A stretch of 64,000 bases of DNA from an uncultured Actinomycetes bacterium (GCA_963725665.1 CAVRZA010000011.1:128001-192000), one strand, 5' to 3'. Shown: positions 9,484 to 20,795, numbered from the stretch's first letter. Notes: a model not told the origin generated them from the sequence alone. Numbers and translations are program-made.

Positions 9484-10038
9484 ATGACCGAGGAAGCTCG
9501 TCTAGCGGAGACCCCCGCAGGTCTCGTCCCCGCATCGGAAGGCTGGTTTGTCGTGAACCTCCACGATGCGATCTGGTACGACGACGACACGTTCGGGTCG
9601 GTCTGCCACTTCGAGGGGACCGACCTCGAGTTCGAGCAGCTCGGCATCAACGTCCGGGTCCTTGAGCCGGGGCAACCTAACGGGCGCTACCACGCCGAGT
9701 CCAACCAGGAGGACTTCCTCGTGCTCGCCGGCGAGTGCCTACTGCTCGTCGAGGGCCAGGAGAGACGGCTCAAGGCGTGGGACTTCGTGCACAGCGCGCC
9801 GGGTACCGAACACATCTTCGTCGGCGCCGGCGAGGGCCCGTGCATCATCCTCATGGCCGGCAGGCGGACAACGGACAGGACCATCGTCTACCCCGTGTCG
9901 GAGCTGGCCCTGAAGCACAAGGCGGGCGTCGCCAAGGAGACGACGTCGCCGGCGGAGGCCTACGCGGAGTTCGAGTTCCCGGGACCGGGACGGCCCAGAA
10001 GCTGGGACGAGCTTCCCTGGAGCCGCGCGAGAGACTAG
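9484..10038 (+). CDS. Cupin domain protein
   Basis: YHAESNQEDFLVLAG and PGTEHIF cupin motifs; SD AAGGAG before ATG 9484. Confidence 0.85.
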   Translation: MTEEARLAETPAGLVPASEGWFVVNLHDAIWYDDDTFGSVCHFEGTDLEFEQLGINVRVLEPGQPNGRYHAESNQEDFLVLAGECLLLVEGQERRLKAWDFVHSAPGTEHIFVGAGEGPCIILMAGRRTTDRTIVYPVSELALKHKAGVAKETTSPAEAYAEFEFPGPGRPRSWDELPWSRARD

Positions 10039-10303
10039 GCCGTCCGGCGGCTCACTCCCACCTAGTCGGGCCTGCGCTCGGATGCAGACGCGCCCGGAAC
10101 GACGCGTAGGATCCCGATCATGACCAGCAGCGCCCACACCTAGCACGTAACGCCCCGCCGCGCCTCTCATCGTGTGCCACCCACGGTCATGTTGGTATCT
10201 TGTAGGAGGAGCGGCGCCGACGGCGACACGGACGCCGGTCGCATCGACGCCCAAAACGCGGCGAGACGCGACGCTCGCACGCCCCGTCGCCATGAGGAGG
10301 CAA

Positions 10304-11095
10304 GTGGCAGACCAGCTCACCTACTTCGGGCACGCCACCGTCCTGCTCGAGCTCGACGGCGCCCGCGTGTTGACCGACCCAGTCCTGCGCCGTCACGTCG
10401 GCCCTCTCGTGCGGCGCTCGCCACGGCCGCACGCTGCGCTGTTGACGAACCTCGACGCGATCCTCATCTCGCACCTGCACCTCGACCACTACGACCCGCC
10501 CTCGCTGCGGCGGCTCGATCGCGCGACGCCGATCGTGGGGCCCAGGGGCGGCGCCCGGCCGCTCGCGCGACTTGGTTTCACCGACGTGCACGAGCTGTCG
10601 CCGGGTGAAGAGACCGAGGTCGGTGCGCTGCGAGTGGTGGCGACTGCGGCCGTGCACGAGAAGAGCCGCCACCCCCTGAGCCGCGCGGCCGATTGTGTCG
10701 GGTTCGTCGTCGCCGGCAGTCTCTCGGCGTACTTCGCCGGCGACACGGCGCTGTTTCCGGAGATGGAAGGTCTCTGGGCCGGTCTCGACGTCGCACTGCT
10801 GCCCATCGCGGGCTGGGGGCTCACGCTCCCCGAAGGGGAGCACATGGGCCCCCTCCAGGCCGCCCGCGCGTTGCGGCTCCTGCGGCCGCGGCTCGCAGTG
10901 CCCGTCCACTGGGGGACGTTCGGGCTTCCTGGGACAGGCCTGGGGCGCCGCGGCCGCGCAACGGCGGCCGCGGCGCCCGTCACTTTCCGCCGTCACGCAG
11001 CTCAGCTGGCGCCCGATGTCGCCGTCGCGCTCCTGCGCCCCGGCGAGACGCTGCAGCTGGCGGAGGCCCTCGGTCCGCGTAGCGACGTGACGTGA
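10304..11095 (+). CDS. MBL-fold metallo-hydrolase
   Basis: GHAT, LTDP, SHLHLDH, YFAGDT, PVHWGT; SD GAGGAGG before GTG 10304. Confidence 0.9.
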   Translation: MADQLTYFGHATVLLELDGARVLTDPVLRRHVGPLVRRSPRPHAALLTNLDAILISHLHLDHYDPPSLRRLDRATPIVGPRGGARPLARLGFTDVHELSPGEETEVGALRVVATAAVHEKSRHPLSRAADCVGFVVAGSLSAYFAGDTALFPEMEGLWAGLDVALLPIAGWGLTLPEGEHMGPLQAARALRLLRPRLAVPVHWGTFGLPGTGLGRRGRATAAAAPVTFRRHAAQLAPDVAVALLRPGETLQLAEALGPRSDVT

Positions 11096-11112
11096 CGGGG
11101 GGTGCGGGGCGG

Positions 11113-12816
11113 CTACGCCGCCTCGCGCATCCTCAGGTCGGCCAGGTACTGGTGGCAGAAACGGACCGCGACCGCCCCCTCGCCGACGGCCGCCGCGACG
11201 CGTTTGACCGACCCGTGGCGCACGTCGCCGACGGCAAAGACACCCGGCATGCTCGTCTCGAGGGGGTAAGGTGCGCGGCCGGCCGCGAACAGCGGCCGGC
11301 CGCCCTCGGCCACTCCGGCCTCGAGCAGGTCCGATCCCGTGAGGATGAAGCCTTCTTCGTCGCGCAGGATGCTCTCCGACAGCCACTCGGTGTGCGGCTG
11401 GGCGCCGATCATGACGAAGAGGCCGGCGGCCGGGACGGTGCGCCGTTCGCCCGTGGTGAGGTTCTCGATCGTGAGCTGCTCCAGCCGGCCGTACCCCTCG
11501 CCGTCGACGATCTCACTGTGCGGCACGAGCGTCACGTTGGCCGCTCCCTCGAGGCGGGTCGTGAGGTAGCGCGACATGGTGTCTTCGAGACCCTCCTTGC
11601 GTACCACAAGGGTGACGCTGTGTGCGTACTTGGCCATGTGCAGCGCCGCCTGCCCGGCCGAGTTGCCCCCGCCCACGACGAACACGTCTGCACCTTCCAA
11701 CGTGCGCGCCTCAGTCGAGACGGCGCCGTAGTAGACCCCGGCCCCGGCGAGCTCGTCCAGCTTCGGGATACCGAGTCGCCGTAGTGGATGCCGCTGGCGA
11801 TCACCACCGTCTTGGGCGCAGAGCTCAGTCCCGTCGGCCAGCACGACCACGTGCCCGTCGCCCTCCGACGCGGATGTCCGTCGCCTCGTTGGCGAACAGG
11901 AAACGCGTGCCGAACGCCCACGCCTGCTGGTAGGCGCGTGCCGCCAGCTCGTCGCCGCTGATGCCACCCGGGAAGCCGAGGTAGTTCGCGATCAGGCTGC
12001 TCTGGCCCGCCTGACCGCCGATCGCATCACGCTCCAGAACGGTCGTGAAGAGTCCCTCAGAGGAGGCGTAGACGGCTGCGGCCAGGCCGGCCGGGCCGGC
12101 GCCGACGACGACAAGGTCGCATCCATCTCCCTCGGGCTGGCTCCTCACTCCGATGGCCTCGGCCAGCTCGCGGTTCGTAGGGGTCCTCGAGCACCTTGCC
12201 GCCGAAGACCACCGCCACAGGCAACGAGACGGCTCGGTCCAGACCGTTGTCCGCAAGAACCTCCTCGCCCTCCGACGAGTCGACCGGGTAGAAGCCGTAG
12301 GGCACGCCGTTGCGTTTCAGGACGTCGCGCAGCTCGTGGGCTCGCGCCGACCACCGCTCGGCCACGATCTTGACCGCCTCGAAGACCGGCTGATTCGCCC
12401 GGGACCACTGGTAGAGCTGGTCCGAGATCTCGTGATGGAAGCGCTCGTCGGTCCCCGAGTGCCACGGCTTGTTCATGAAGAACTCGATGAGGCCGTAGGC
12501 GCAGCTGTGATAGATCGTCTCAGGCGAACTCGAGTCGCCCCAGTTGACCAGCATCACGCGTCTGGCGAGCGGATCGATGAAACGCACGCGGCCGAGCAGG
12601 TCGTCGCCTCCCATCTCCGGCATCCACTGGTCGGCCAGCACCAGGGCGATGGGCTGGCCGGCCTCGTGTCGGCGCTCGAAGGTCCTCGAGTGCGGCCTTG
12701 GCCGACTGCTTGGTCACCACGCGGTAGGCGTGCTCGTAGCGGCTGCGCAGCTCGCGGTCGAGGATCGCCAAGCTCGTCAGGTCGTCGTCGACCGCCATGA
12801 TCACGGGCAGGTCCAC
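11113..12816 (-). CDS. Receiver-domain / thioredoxin-reductase-like FAD oxidoreductase fusion (several indels)
   Basis: Fragments in three frames: MAVDDD..ADQWMP receiver, GAGPAG, GGQAGQSSLIANYLGFP, GGGNSAGQAA, VFAVGDVR. Confidence 0.8.
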
Positions 12817-12965
12817 GGTGGTCCCCCTTGTTGCGGATACCCGGCACGTTCTGGTGACGGGATTGCCTGCGTTGCGAAAGAGGAAACCCGTTGCCGCCGC
12901 AGCCTTGCGCGACTCGGCCTATGGACGCGAAGGTCCGACCCCCATGGCCAGGGGCCCTCGGGGTT

Positions 12966-13409
12966 CTACGGCTCGAGCACCTCGAAACCCAGCTCGACGT
13001 CGTGGGCGCGTCGCGCCCCGCTGGCGACGAGCTCGATGACGATGGCCTCACCGACGACCCAGGTGACGACGCCGCGGCGGATGCAGCCGGCCACGGCCTG
13101 GTCGTCGCGGCCGAAGGCGGCGTGCAGGTGGAGCACGGGGCGGCCGGCGTCGTCGGGAAAGATCGTCCCGACGCCGGCCGCCTCGTGCACGTCGTGCAGC
13201 ACGCGCTCCAGAGGCACGACGGGAGCGGCAGCGCCATCCTCGGGGCCGACGACCAGCCGACTGCCCTTGCCGGCGCCGCCGAGGAGGATCACGGCGGCGC
13301 GCTCGATGCCCGCACTGCGAGCGGCTTCCTCGATGCTCTCATGGACGATGTCGCCGTCTTCAAGGCGCACGACGAGGACGCGTCCCAGCCTCGCCTCTGA
13401 GTACTTCAC
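12966..13409 (-). CDS. PPC/DUF296 domain protein
   Basis: GRVLVVRLEDG, HLHAAFG, GCIR motifs. Confidence 0.85.
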   Translation of the reverse strand: MKYSEARLGRVLVVRLEDGDIVHESIEEAARSAGIERAAVILLGGAGKGSRLVVGPEDGAAAPVVPLERVLHDVHEAAGVGTIFPDDAGRPVLHLHAAFGRDDQAVAGCIRRGVVTWVVGEAIVIELVASGARRAHDVELGFEVLEP

Positions 13410-13519
13410 CGCCGATCTCCGTTCCCAGCCGTCCAGCCCGACGCCGACACGCGGCGGACGTCGATGGGGCATGGTACCGTCCGGGGTAGTCCGGTGTCAC
13501 TGTGCTACCGTTGCCTCCC

Positions 13520-15991
13520 ATGGACCCGGATGTCATGGACCCTGATGTCATGCTGCCCGATGCCCTGAGCTTCTTCGCCACCTGCCCCAAGGCGACCGAG
13601 GAACTGGTCGAGGCCGAGCTGCTGGCGCTGGGCGCGGGCGCAGCCCGCGCCCAGCGCGCGGGGGTCTCATTCCACGGGCCGCTCGCCCTGGCCTATCGCG
13701 CCTGCCTGTGGTCGCGGCTCGCGAGCCGCATCCTGTTGCCGCTGGCCAGCTTCGCGGCCGCTGATGAGCAGCAGCTCTACGACGCGGTGCGGGGCATCGA
13801 CTGGACGGCGCATCTCGAGCCGGCCGGCACCCTCGCGGTCGACGTCGCCGCCGCGCGCCCGCCAAAGGAGCTCGCCCACTCGCACTTCGTCGCGCAAAGG
13901 GTCAAGGATGCGGTCGTGGACCAGTTCCGCGAACGCTTCGGGCAGCGGCCGTCGGTCGACGTGCGCCGGCCCGACGTGCGCCTGAACCTGTACCAGAGGG
14001 GCGCTGCGGCGACGCTGAGTCTCGACCTCTCCGGGGAGAGCCTGCACCGGCGCGGATACCGTGAGGAGGGCGAGCAGATCGCGGCGCCGCTCAAGGAGAA
14101 CCTGGCGGCGGCGATCCTGGTGCGCGCCGGCTGGCCGGAGATGGTGAGCAGTGGGCGCTCCGACCTGTTGGAGGAGGGGACACCCGCGCTGGTCGATCCG
14201 CTCTGTGGCTCCGGCACACTCCTCATCGAGGGCGCCTTGATGGCGGCCGACATCGCGCCCGGACTCCTGCGCGCGACGGACGGCCGCTTCGGCTTCGTGC
14301 GCTGGAAGAGACACGACCCGGCGCTGTGGGATGACCTGGTGGCCGAGGCGCGCGAGCGGCGCGCAGCCGGGCTGGCCCGGCTGCGCGCCGCTCGCGCGCG
14401 AGCCGGTGGCCGGCAGCTCTTCGTCGGCTACGACAACGACTCGCGCGCCGTAAGGCTGGCGCAGGCAAACGTGAAGCGGGCCGGGCTCGGGGGCGTGGTG
14501 GATGTCGTGCAGCGGGAGCTGGCGGCGCTCGCGCCGCCAGCTCCCGCTGCAGCACCGACCGCCGCGCCTGGTAGCGCCGCAGGCTCCAGCGCGCCCCCCC
14601 AAGTCAGCTCACCTCCCGGCCTCGTCGTCACCAACCCGCCCTACGGCCAGCGCCTCGAGAGCACGACGGCCGAGATCGTCGGCCTCTACTCCACCCTGGG
14701 CGAGCGGCTGCGCGCCGGCTTCGCCGGTTGGCGCGCAGCCGTGCTCGTGGGCGACCGCTCGCTCGGCTACCAGCTCGGCATGCGCGCCGCCAAGCTCAAC
14801 ACGCTCTACAACGGCGCGCTCAAAGTGACGCTGCTGCGGTTCGAGATCCCCGGCAAGGACGCAGACGGGCGGGCTCCGGCCGGAGCGCGGCTCCTTGACG
14901 GGCGGAGCCGAACAGCGCCGTGAAGGATGCGCCGGCGGCACGGGTCGCGGGTCCTTCCGTCGTCGCCGCGCGGACATCGACGACTTCGCCAACCGCCTGC
15001 GCAAGAACGCGCGTCACTGGGGCCGCACCATGCGGCGTCAGAACGTCACCTGCTTTCGCGTGTACGACGCCGACCTGCCCGACTACGCTTTCGCCATCGA
15101 CCTGTACGAGGAGGCGAACGCCCGGGATACCGAGACGACGGAAGACGGCGCGCGGGCGCCGGCACGCACACGTTCAGGAGTACGCCGCACCGCCCGAGAT
15201 CGAACCGGCGAAGGCGCAGGCGCGCCTGCGAGCGGCGCTGCGCGTCATACCCGAGGTCCTCCAGCTCGAGCCGCGGAACGTCCACCTCAAGGTCCGCAGG
15301 CGACAGCGCGGCGCGGCGCAGTACGAGCGCCAATCGACAGTAGGCAGGTTCTTCGAGGTTCACGAAGGGGAGCTGCGCTTCTTCGTGAACCTCACCGACT
15401 TCCTCGACACGGGGCTCTTTCTCGACGGCCGCCTCACGCGCGCCCTCCTGAGAGACACGGCGAGAGGAGCGCACGTCCTCAACCTGTTCGCCTACACGGC
15501 GGCCGCGACTGTCGCTGCCGGCAAGGGCGGCGCCGCGAGCACGACCTCGGTCGATCTCTCGCGCACCTACCTCGACTGGGCGCGCCGCAACCTCGAGCTC
15601 AACAAGCTCAAACCGAGCCGCAACCGGCTCGTGCAGGCCGACGCGCTCGAGTGGATCGGTCGCCCGCACGACGGCTCGCCCGACGCGCCGCGGCGAGTAC
15701 GACCTCGTCTACCTCGACCCGCCCACCTTCTCGAACTCGAAGAGGATGGGACGGGCGACCTTCGATGTGGCGCGCGACCACGCGGATCTCATCCGCGTGG
15801 TCGCGCGCCGTCTGCTGCGTCCCGGGGGCACGCTGCTCTTCGCCGGCAACGCGCGGCGCTTGCGCATGGAGGTCGAGGCCTTGACTTCGTCCGGCCTCGA
15901 CCTCCACGACCTGAGCGCCGCCACGCTGCCGCCGGACTTCGCCCGCTCCGCACGCGCGCATCACCTGTGGCGGATCACGGCCAGGAGCTGA
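13520..15991 (+). CDS. rlmKL: Bifunctional 23S rRNA G2445/G2069 methyltransferase RlmKL (indels near 14900-14975, 15155, 15695)
   Basis: THUMP region, SGESLHRRGYR, APLKENLAAA, DPLCGSGT, NPPYG; then FANRLRKN, RVYDADLP, DTGLFLD, LNLFAYT, LDPPTFSNSKRM in shifted frames. Confidence 0.88.
14348..14399. repeat. Perfect inverted repeat inside rlmKL
   Basis: 25-bp arms (14348-14372 and 14375-14399), 2-nt loop TG. Confidence 0.95.
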
Positions 15992-16066
15992 GCGGCGCCG
16001 AGAGCTCCCAAAGGAGCGGGACCGCCGACCCGGCCAGCGTCCGTCAACCTTGGTAGACTCCTCCTC

Positions 16067-18190
16067 GTGTCTTCTCCTGGCCGAGTGCTCCCCGTCACAC
16101 CTGCGGCCGTCGTGCTCCGCGACGTCTTCGGCTTCCCCTCGTTCCGTCCACAGCAGGAGGAGATCATCGAGTACGTGATCGGCGGGGGAAGCTGCTTCAT
16201 CCTCATGCCGACCGGCGGCGGCAAGTCACTGTGCTATCAGATCCCGGCCATGGTGCGTCCCGGCGTCGGCATCGTGGTCTCGCCGCTCATCTCGCTGATG
16301 AAGGACCAGGTCGACGCGCTACGCGCCAACGGTGTGCGAGCCGAGTTCTACAACTCGTCGCTCGAATCGGCCCCGGCGCGCAAGGTGCTGGCGCGCCTGC
16401 ACGCCGGCGTGCTCGACTTGCTCTACGTGGCGCCCGAGCGGCTCATGACCGAGGGGTTCCTCCAGCGCCTGCGCGGGCGGGACGGCGGAGTCATTACCGA
16501 CGGCGGCAGCGGCCTCGAGACCGACCCTGGCATCCCCATCGCCCTCTTCGCCATCGACGAGGCGCACTGCGTCTCGCAGTGGGGACACGACTTCCGTCCC
16601 GAGTACATCGACCTCGGACGCCTGCGCGGCCTCTTCCCCGAGGTGCCGGTCGTGGCCTGCACCGCCACGGCCGATCCAGAGACGCGCGACGACGTGCGCC
16701 GCCGCCTCGGCCTGGCCGATGCGCCCCTCTACGTGGCCGGCTTCGACCGGCCCAACATCAGGTACACGGTCGTGGAGAAGAGTCACCCCTCGGAGCAGCT
16801 CCTCGCCTTCCTGAAGCAGCACGAGGGCGAAGCCGGCATCGTCTACTGCCTGAGCCGCAAGCGCACCGAGGAGGTGGCCGAGCGGCTGGCGGCGGCCGGC
16901 TTGCCGGCCGCCGCCTATCACGCCGGGCTCCCCGCAGCCGAGCGCGAGCGCGTGCAGGAGGCCTTCGTGCGCGACGAGATCCTCATCGTCGTCGCCACCG
17001 TGGCCTTCGGCATGGGCATCGACAAGCCCGACGTGCGCTTCGTCGTGCACTACGACCTGCCCAAGACCATCGAGAGCTACTACCAGGAGACGGGGCGGGC
17101 AGGCCGGGACGGCCTGCCCGCCGAAGCCCTCTTGCTCTTCGGCCTCGCCGACGTGGGCATCGCTCGCGGGCTCATCGAGATGGGCGACAACGCCGAGCGC
17201 ACCCGCATCGAGGCGCACAAGCTCAACGCCATGGTCGGCTTCGCCGAGGCCACCGCCTGCCGCCGCCGCGTGCTGCTGGGCTACTTCGGCGAGCGCCTCG
17301 GCGACGACTGCGGCAACTGCGACGTCTGCCTCGATCCGCCTGAGACCTACGACGCCACCGAAGATGCGCGTAAGGCGCTCTCGTGCGTCTACCGGCTGCG
17401 CCAGCGCTTCGGTATGGGCCAAGTGATCGACGTGCTGCGCGGCGCCGAGACCGATCGCGTACTGCAGCTCGGACACGACCGCCTCTCGACCTACGGCATC
17501 GGCGCCGACCAGAGCCACGATGCCTGGGCGGGCCTCATCCGCCAGCTCATCCACCACGGCTACCTCGCGCAGGACATCGCCGCCTACTCCGTGCTCAAGC
17601 TCACGCCGGTCGCGGCACCGCTGCTGCGTGGCGAAGAGACGCTGACCCTGGCCCGGCCGCGCACGCGAGTGGCCAGGTCGAAGACGAAGAGGCCGAAGCG
17701 GTCTGCGCCGGCGAAGGCCGCGACCGCGCGGCGGGCTGGGCGGACGGGCGCAGTGGCGGCATCTGCCGCTGCGGGCGCGGACGGGACTCTGGGCGAAGCG
17801 ACAGCCGGCGACACGACCAGCGGCGGCGGGCGGCTCGACCTCGTGCCCGACTGGTACACGGGCGGACGCCCGGCGCTCCTCGACGAGGAACAGGCGAGGG
17901 CTGCGGCCGGCGCGGAGGCGGGCGAAGAGCTCCTCGACTACGACGAGGAGCTCTTCGCCCGCCTCCGCGCCCTGCGCAAGCGCCTCGCCGACGCGCAGCA
18001 TGTGCCGGCGTACGTCGTCTTCAGCGACGTCACCCTGCTCGAGATGGCCGCCGGCAGGCCCACCAGCGACGAGGAGCTGCTCGAGATCACGGGCGTCGGG
18101 CGACACAAGCTCGCGCGCTACGGGCCGGCGTTCCTCGAGGCCATCGCGGGCGACGACCCTCAGCCCGGCGAGGCGGATCCCCCCCTATAA
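16067..18190 (+). CDS. recQ: ATP-dependent DNA helicase RecQ
   Basis: MPTGGGKS, DEAHCVSQWGHDFRPEY, QETGRAGRDG, Zn-binding CRR..CGNCDVC, RQC and HRDC domains. Confidence 0.97.
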   Translation: MSSPGRVLPVTPAAVVLRDVFGFPSFRPQQEEIIEYVIGGGSCFILMPTGGGKSLCYQIPAMVRPGVGIVVSPLISLMKDQVDALRANGVRAEFYNSSLESAPARKVLARLHAGVLDLLYVAPERLMTEGFLQRLRGRDGGVITDGGSGLETDPGIPIALFAIDEAHCVSQWGHDFRPEYIDLGRLRGLFPEVPVVACTATADPETRDDVRRRLGLADAPLYVAGFDRPNIRYTVVEKSHPSEQLLAFLKQHEGEAGIVYCLSRKRTEEVAERLAAAGLPAAAYHAGLPAAERERVQEAFVRDEILIVVATVAFGMGIDKPDVRFVVHYDLPKTIESYYQETGRAGRDGLPAEALLLFGLADVGIARGLIEMGDNAERTRIEAHKLNAMVGFAEATACRRRVLLGYFGERLGDDCGNCDVCLDPPETYDATEDARKALSCVYRLRQRFGMGQVIDVLRGAETDRVLQLGHDRLSTYGIGADQSHDAWAGLIRQLIHHGYLAQDIAAYSVLKLTPVAAPLLRGEETLTLARPRTRVARSKTKRPKRSAPAKAATARRAGRTGAVAASAAAGADGTLGEATAGDTTSGGGRLDLVPDWYTGGRPALLDEEQARAAAGAEAGEELLDYDEELFARLRALRKRLADAQHVPAYVVFSDVTLLEMAAGRPTSDEELLEITGVGRHKLARYGPAFLEAIAGDDPQPGEADPPL

Positions 18191-18198
18191 TGGCCGGC

Positions 18199-18987
18199 AT
18201 GAAGCGCCCCGACAGACGAGCGCTCATCGTCGCCTTGGCCGCCCTGCTGGGCGTGGCGGTGGTCGTCGCTCTCGCGCTCGTCGCGGGCTGGCCACGGGCC
18301 AGCACGGCGACGGGCTCCGCCTCGCCGGTCGCGAGTCTGTCACCGTCGCCGTCGTCGGCAGCGTTGGCCTCGGCGACGCCGACCCCAAGCCCATCGCCAT
18401 CCCCGTCGATCACCCGGCCGCCCATCGTGCGCGACTACATCCCCTACGGCAGCGCCCGCCGCCGCCAGATGGCCGCCTACTCCCTGCGCCACTACGGCGC
18501 GCGGACGTGGCGGCTCCGCCCCCGCGTCATCGTCCTCCACTACACGGCGGGCTCGACCTACGCGGGCGCGCGGGCGGTGTTCGCCGCGAACGCTCCCAAC
18601 CTCGGCGAGCTGCCCGGCGTCGCGGCGCACTTCGTCGTCGCCAAGGGCGGGACCATCTACCAGCTCGTTCCCTTGAACGTGCGCGTGCGGCACGCCATCG
18701 GCCTGAACCACCGCGCTCTGGCGATCGAGATGGTCCAGGAGGGAGGGTCCGGGCCGCGCTGGGCCGACGCCCAGATCCTTGCTCGCAAGCCGCAGATGCG
18801 CGCCGCGCTGCGCCTGGTGCGCTACCTCCAGGCGCGCTACGGGATCCGCATGCGCAACGTCATCGGGCATGCAATGGCCAACGACTCGCCCTACTTCCGC
18901 GACCGGCTCGGCTGGCGCAACGACCACACCGACTGGCTCGCCGCCGACGTGCGCGTCTTCAGGTCGAGGCTGAAGGCCCTCCGCTGA
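18199..18987 (+). CDS. Exported N-acetylmuramoyl-L-alanine amidase (Amidase_2/PGRP-like)
   Basis: TM anchor, Pro/Ser linker, IVLHYT, AHFVV, HAIG, IEM, IGH; TATAAT at 18186-18191. Confidence 0.85.
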   Translation: MKRPDRRALIVALAALLGVAVVVALALVAGWPRASTATGSASPVASLSPSPSSAALASATPTPSPSPSPSITRPPIVRDYIPYGSARRRQMAAYSLRHYGARTWRLRPRVIVLHYTAGSTYAGARAVFAANAPNLGELPGVAAHFVVAKGGTIYQLVPLNVRVRHAIGLNHRALAIEMVQEGGSGPRWADAQILARKPQMRAALRLVRYLQARYGIRMRNVIGHAMANDSPYFRDRLGWRNDHTDWLAADVRVFRSRLKALR

Positions 18988-19074
18988 CGCGCGGCCCGCG
19001 ACCACGCCACCCCTTCACGCCGCACCACCACGTCACCACTAGTCAACGACCCTTCCCCAGCGCATACTGCCCCC

Positions 19075-20022
19075 ATGCCGATGCTCGACCTGACCGGGAT
19101 CCACTTCCTCGTCACCTACCGTTGCCTCTACCAGTGCGACCACTGCTTCGTGTGGGGCAGTCCCGACCAGGATGGGACCATGACGCTGGCACAACTGCGC
19201 GACGTGATCGACCAGGCCGTCGCGCTGGGCACCATCGACAATGTCTACTTCGAAGGCGGCGAGCCGACACTCGTCTACCCAATCGTCGTTAGCGCGGCGC
19301 GCCACGCCCGCGAGCGCGGCCTCGACTTCGGCCTCGTGACCAACTCCCAGTTCGCCGAGTCGGTCGAGGACGCCGCCGTGTGGCTCGCCCCCTTCGCCGA
19401 GCTCGGCATCGCCGACCTCTCGGTCTCGGCCTACCCATACTTCGGGGATGTGATCGAGCCACGCCTGATCCGCAACGCCGTGGAGGCCGCGCTCGGGCTA
19501 GGGCTGGGCGATGCGCTCGGCGTGCTCGAGGTCGGCGCGGCGGCAGACCTCGCCGACCTCGGCGTCGCCTGCGGCGACCCGGGCGAGATCATGTACAAGG
19601 GGCGGGCGGCTCGCGTGCTCGCTCCCGAGCACGCGAGCCGCCCGCCCGACACCCTCATCACCTGCCCGCACGAGGACTTCGTCGCGCCCGGACGCTGCCA
19701 CGTCGGCTGCGACGGGGAGCTGCAGCCCTGCCAGGGCCTCAGCGCCGGGAACATCTTCGCGAGCTCCCTGGCGCAGGTCGTGGCGGACTACGACCCGGAG
19801 CAGAGGCCGGTGGTGAGGGAGCTCATGCGCGGCGGTCCGTGGGAGCTGAGCCGGGCGACTGGCCTCGCCCCCGAGCGCGACCTCTACGCCGACGAGTGCC
19901 ACCTCTGCTACGAGCTGCGCTCACGCCTGCGCGACCGCTACCCTGAGGTGCTCGTGCCCGACCAGTGCTACGGGGTCGGGCTGCCGGAGCTGTCCGAGCC
20001 GGTTGGCTCGGGCGACGCCTGA
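19075..20022 (+). CDS. Radical SAM protein of unknown function
   Basis: TYRCLYQCDHC, EGGEP; extra Cys in C-terminus (CHLC). Confidence 0.88.
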   Translation: MPMLDLTGIHFLVTYRCLYQCDHCFVWGSPDQDGTMTLAQLRDVIDQAVALGTIDNVYFEGGEPTLVYPIVVSAARHARERGLDFGLVTNSQFAESVEDAAVWLAPFAELGIADLSVSAYPYFGDVIEPRLIRNAVEAALGLGLGDALGVLEVGAAADLADLGVACGDPGEIMYKGRAARVLAPEHASRPPDTLITCPHEDFVAPGRCHVGCDGELQPCQGLSAGNIFASSLAQVVADYDPEQRPVVRELMRGGPWELSRATGLAPERDLYADECHLCYELRSRLRDRYPEVLVPDQCYGVGLPELSEPVGSGDA

Positions 20023-20081
20023 CTCTAGAACGAGTCGTTCAACAGGGTGGCGACGATCCCGGCAGTCTTGCCCTCACCCCG

Positions 20082-20795
20082 TCAGAGGCAGCGCGCGAAG
20101 TTGCGCACGATGGTCGTGCAGAGCGGCACCGAACCGGCGACGATCTCGCTCCTCACCTCGCGCAGGTGCTTCCCGAAGGCGGGATCCTCGCGGTCGGCGT
20201 CGTCGAGCCAGTGCTCGAGCAGGTCATCGTCGACCTCGGGGTGGAACTGCACGCCCCAGGCACGTCGCCCCAGCCTGAACGCCTGCTGACCGCCGCCGCG
20301 CTCGGCGAAGAGCAGCGCCTCCGGCGGCGCCTCGAACGAGTCCACGTGCCACTGCAGTGTCGAGAAGCGCGGCGGCAACCCGTCGAAGAGCTCGTCGTCG
20401 CCGGTCACGTCGATCGACACCCAGCCCCGCTCGGGACGCTCGCGATGGTACACCCGGCCACCGGTCGCCGCGGCGAGCTGCTGCGCCCCCAGGCAGATGC
20501 CCAACACCGGCACGTCGTGATCCACCGCCTCGCGCAGTATCCGGCGCTCGCCCGCGAGCCACGGGTAGCGCTCATCTTCGTCGGTGTTCATGCCGCCGCC
20601 CAGGGGGATGATCGCCGCCAGCGACGACAGCTCGGTCGACGAGGGCACGGGGTCACCCGCCCACAGGTGCCGCACGGCGCACGCGATCCCCTCCGCCTCG
20701 AGCACAGCGCCGACGGTCCCCGATGGGCTCACGGCCTCGTGCTGAAGGATGACGACCGGCCCGTGAGGGGCGGTCTTCCTTTGGTCCGTCGTCAT
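20082..20795 (-). CDS. Type 1 glutamine amidotransferase-like protein
   Basis: LGICLGAQ, QWHVD, GVQFHPE. Confidence 0.9.
   Translation of the reverse strand: MTTDQRKTAPHGPVVILQHEAVSPSGTVGAVLEAEGIACAVRHLWAGDPVPSSTELSSLAAIIPLGGGMNTDEDERYPWLAGERRILREAVDHDVPVLGICLGAQQLAAATGGRVYHRERPERGWVSIDVTGDDELFDGLPPRFSTLQWHVDSFEAPPEALLFAERGGGQQAFRLGRRAWGVQFHPEVDDDLLEHWLDDADREDPAFGKHLREVRSEIVAGSVPLCTTIVRNFARCL

Noticed and set aside
14895-14980. Split rlmL and rlmK genes with a GTGA overlap at 14920-14923
   Set aside because: The GTG frame does not carry the conserved FANRLRKN start of the RlmK half, so an indel in a fused gene is more likely; unresolved without reads.
16319-18106. Long antisense or alternate-frame ORFs (this one, 23916-25514, 37062-38702, 47503-49377 and similar)
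   Set aside because: Stop-poor shadows of real genes in high-GC DNA, with no motifs or start signals.
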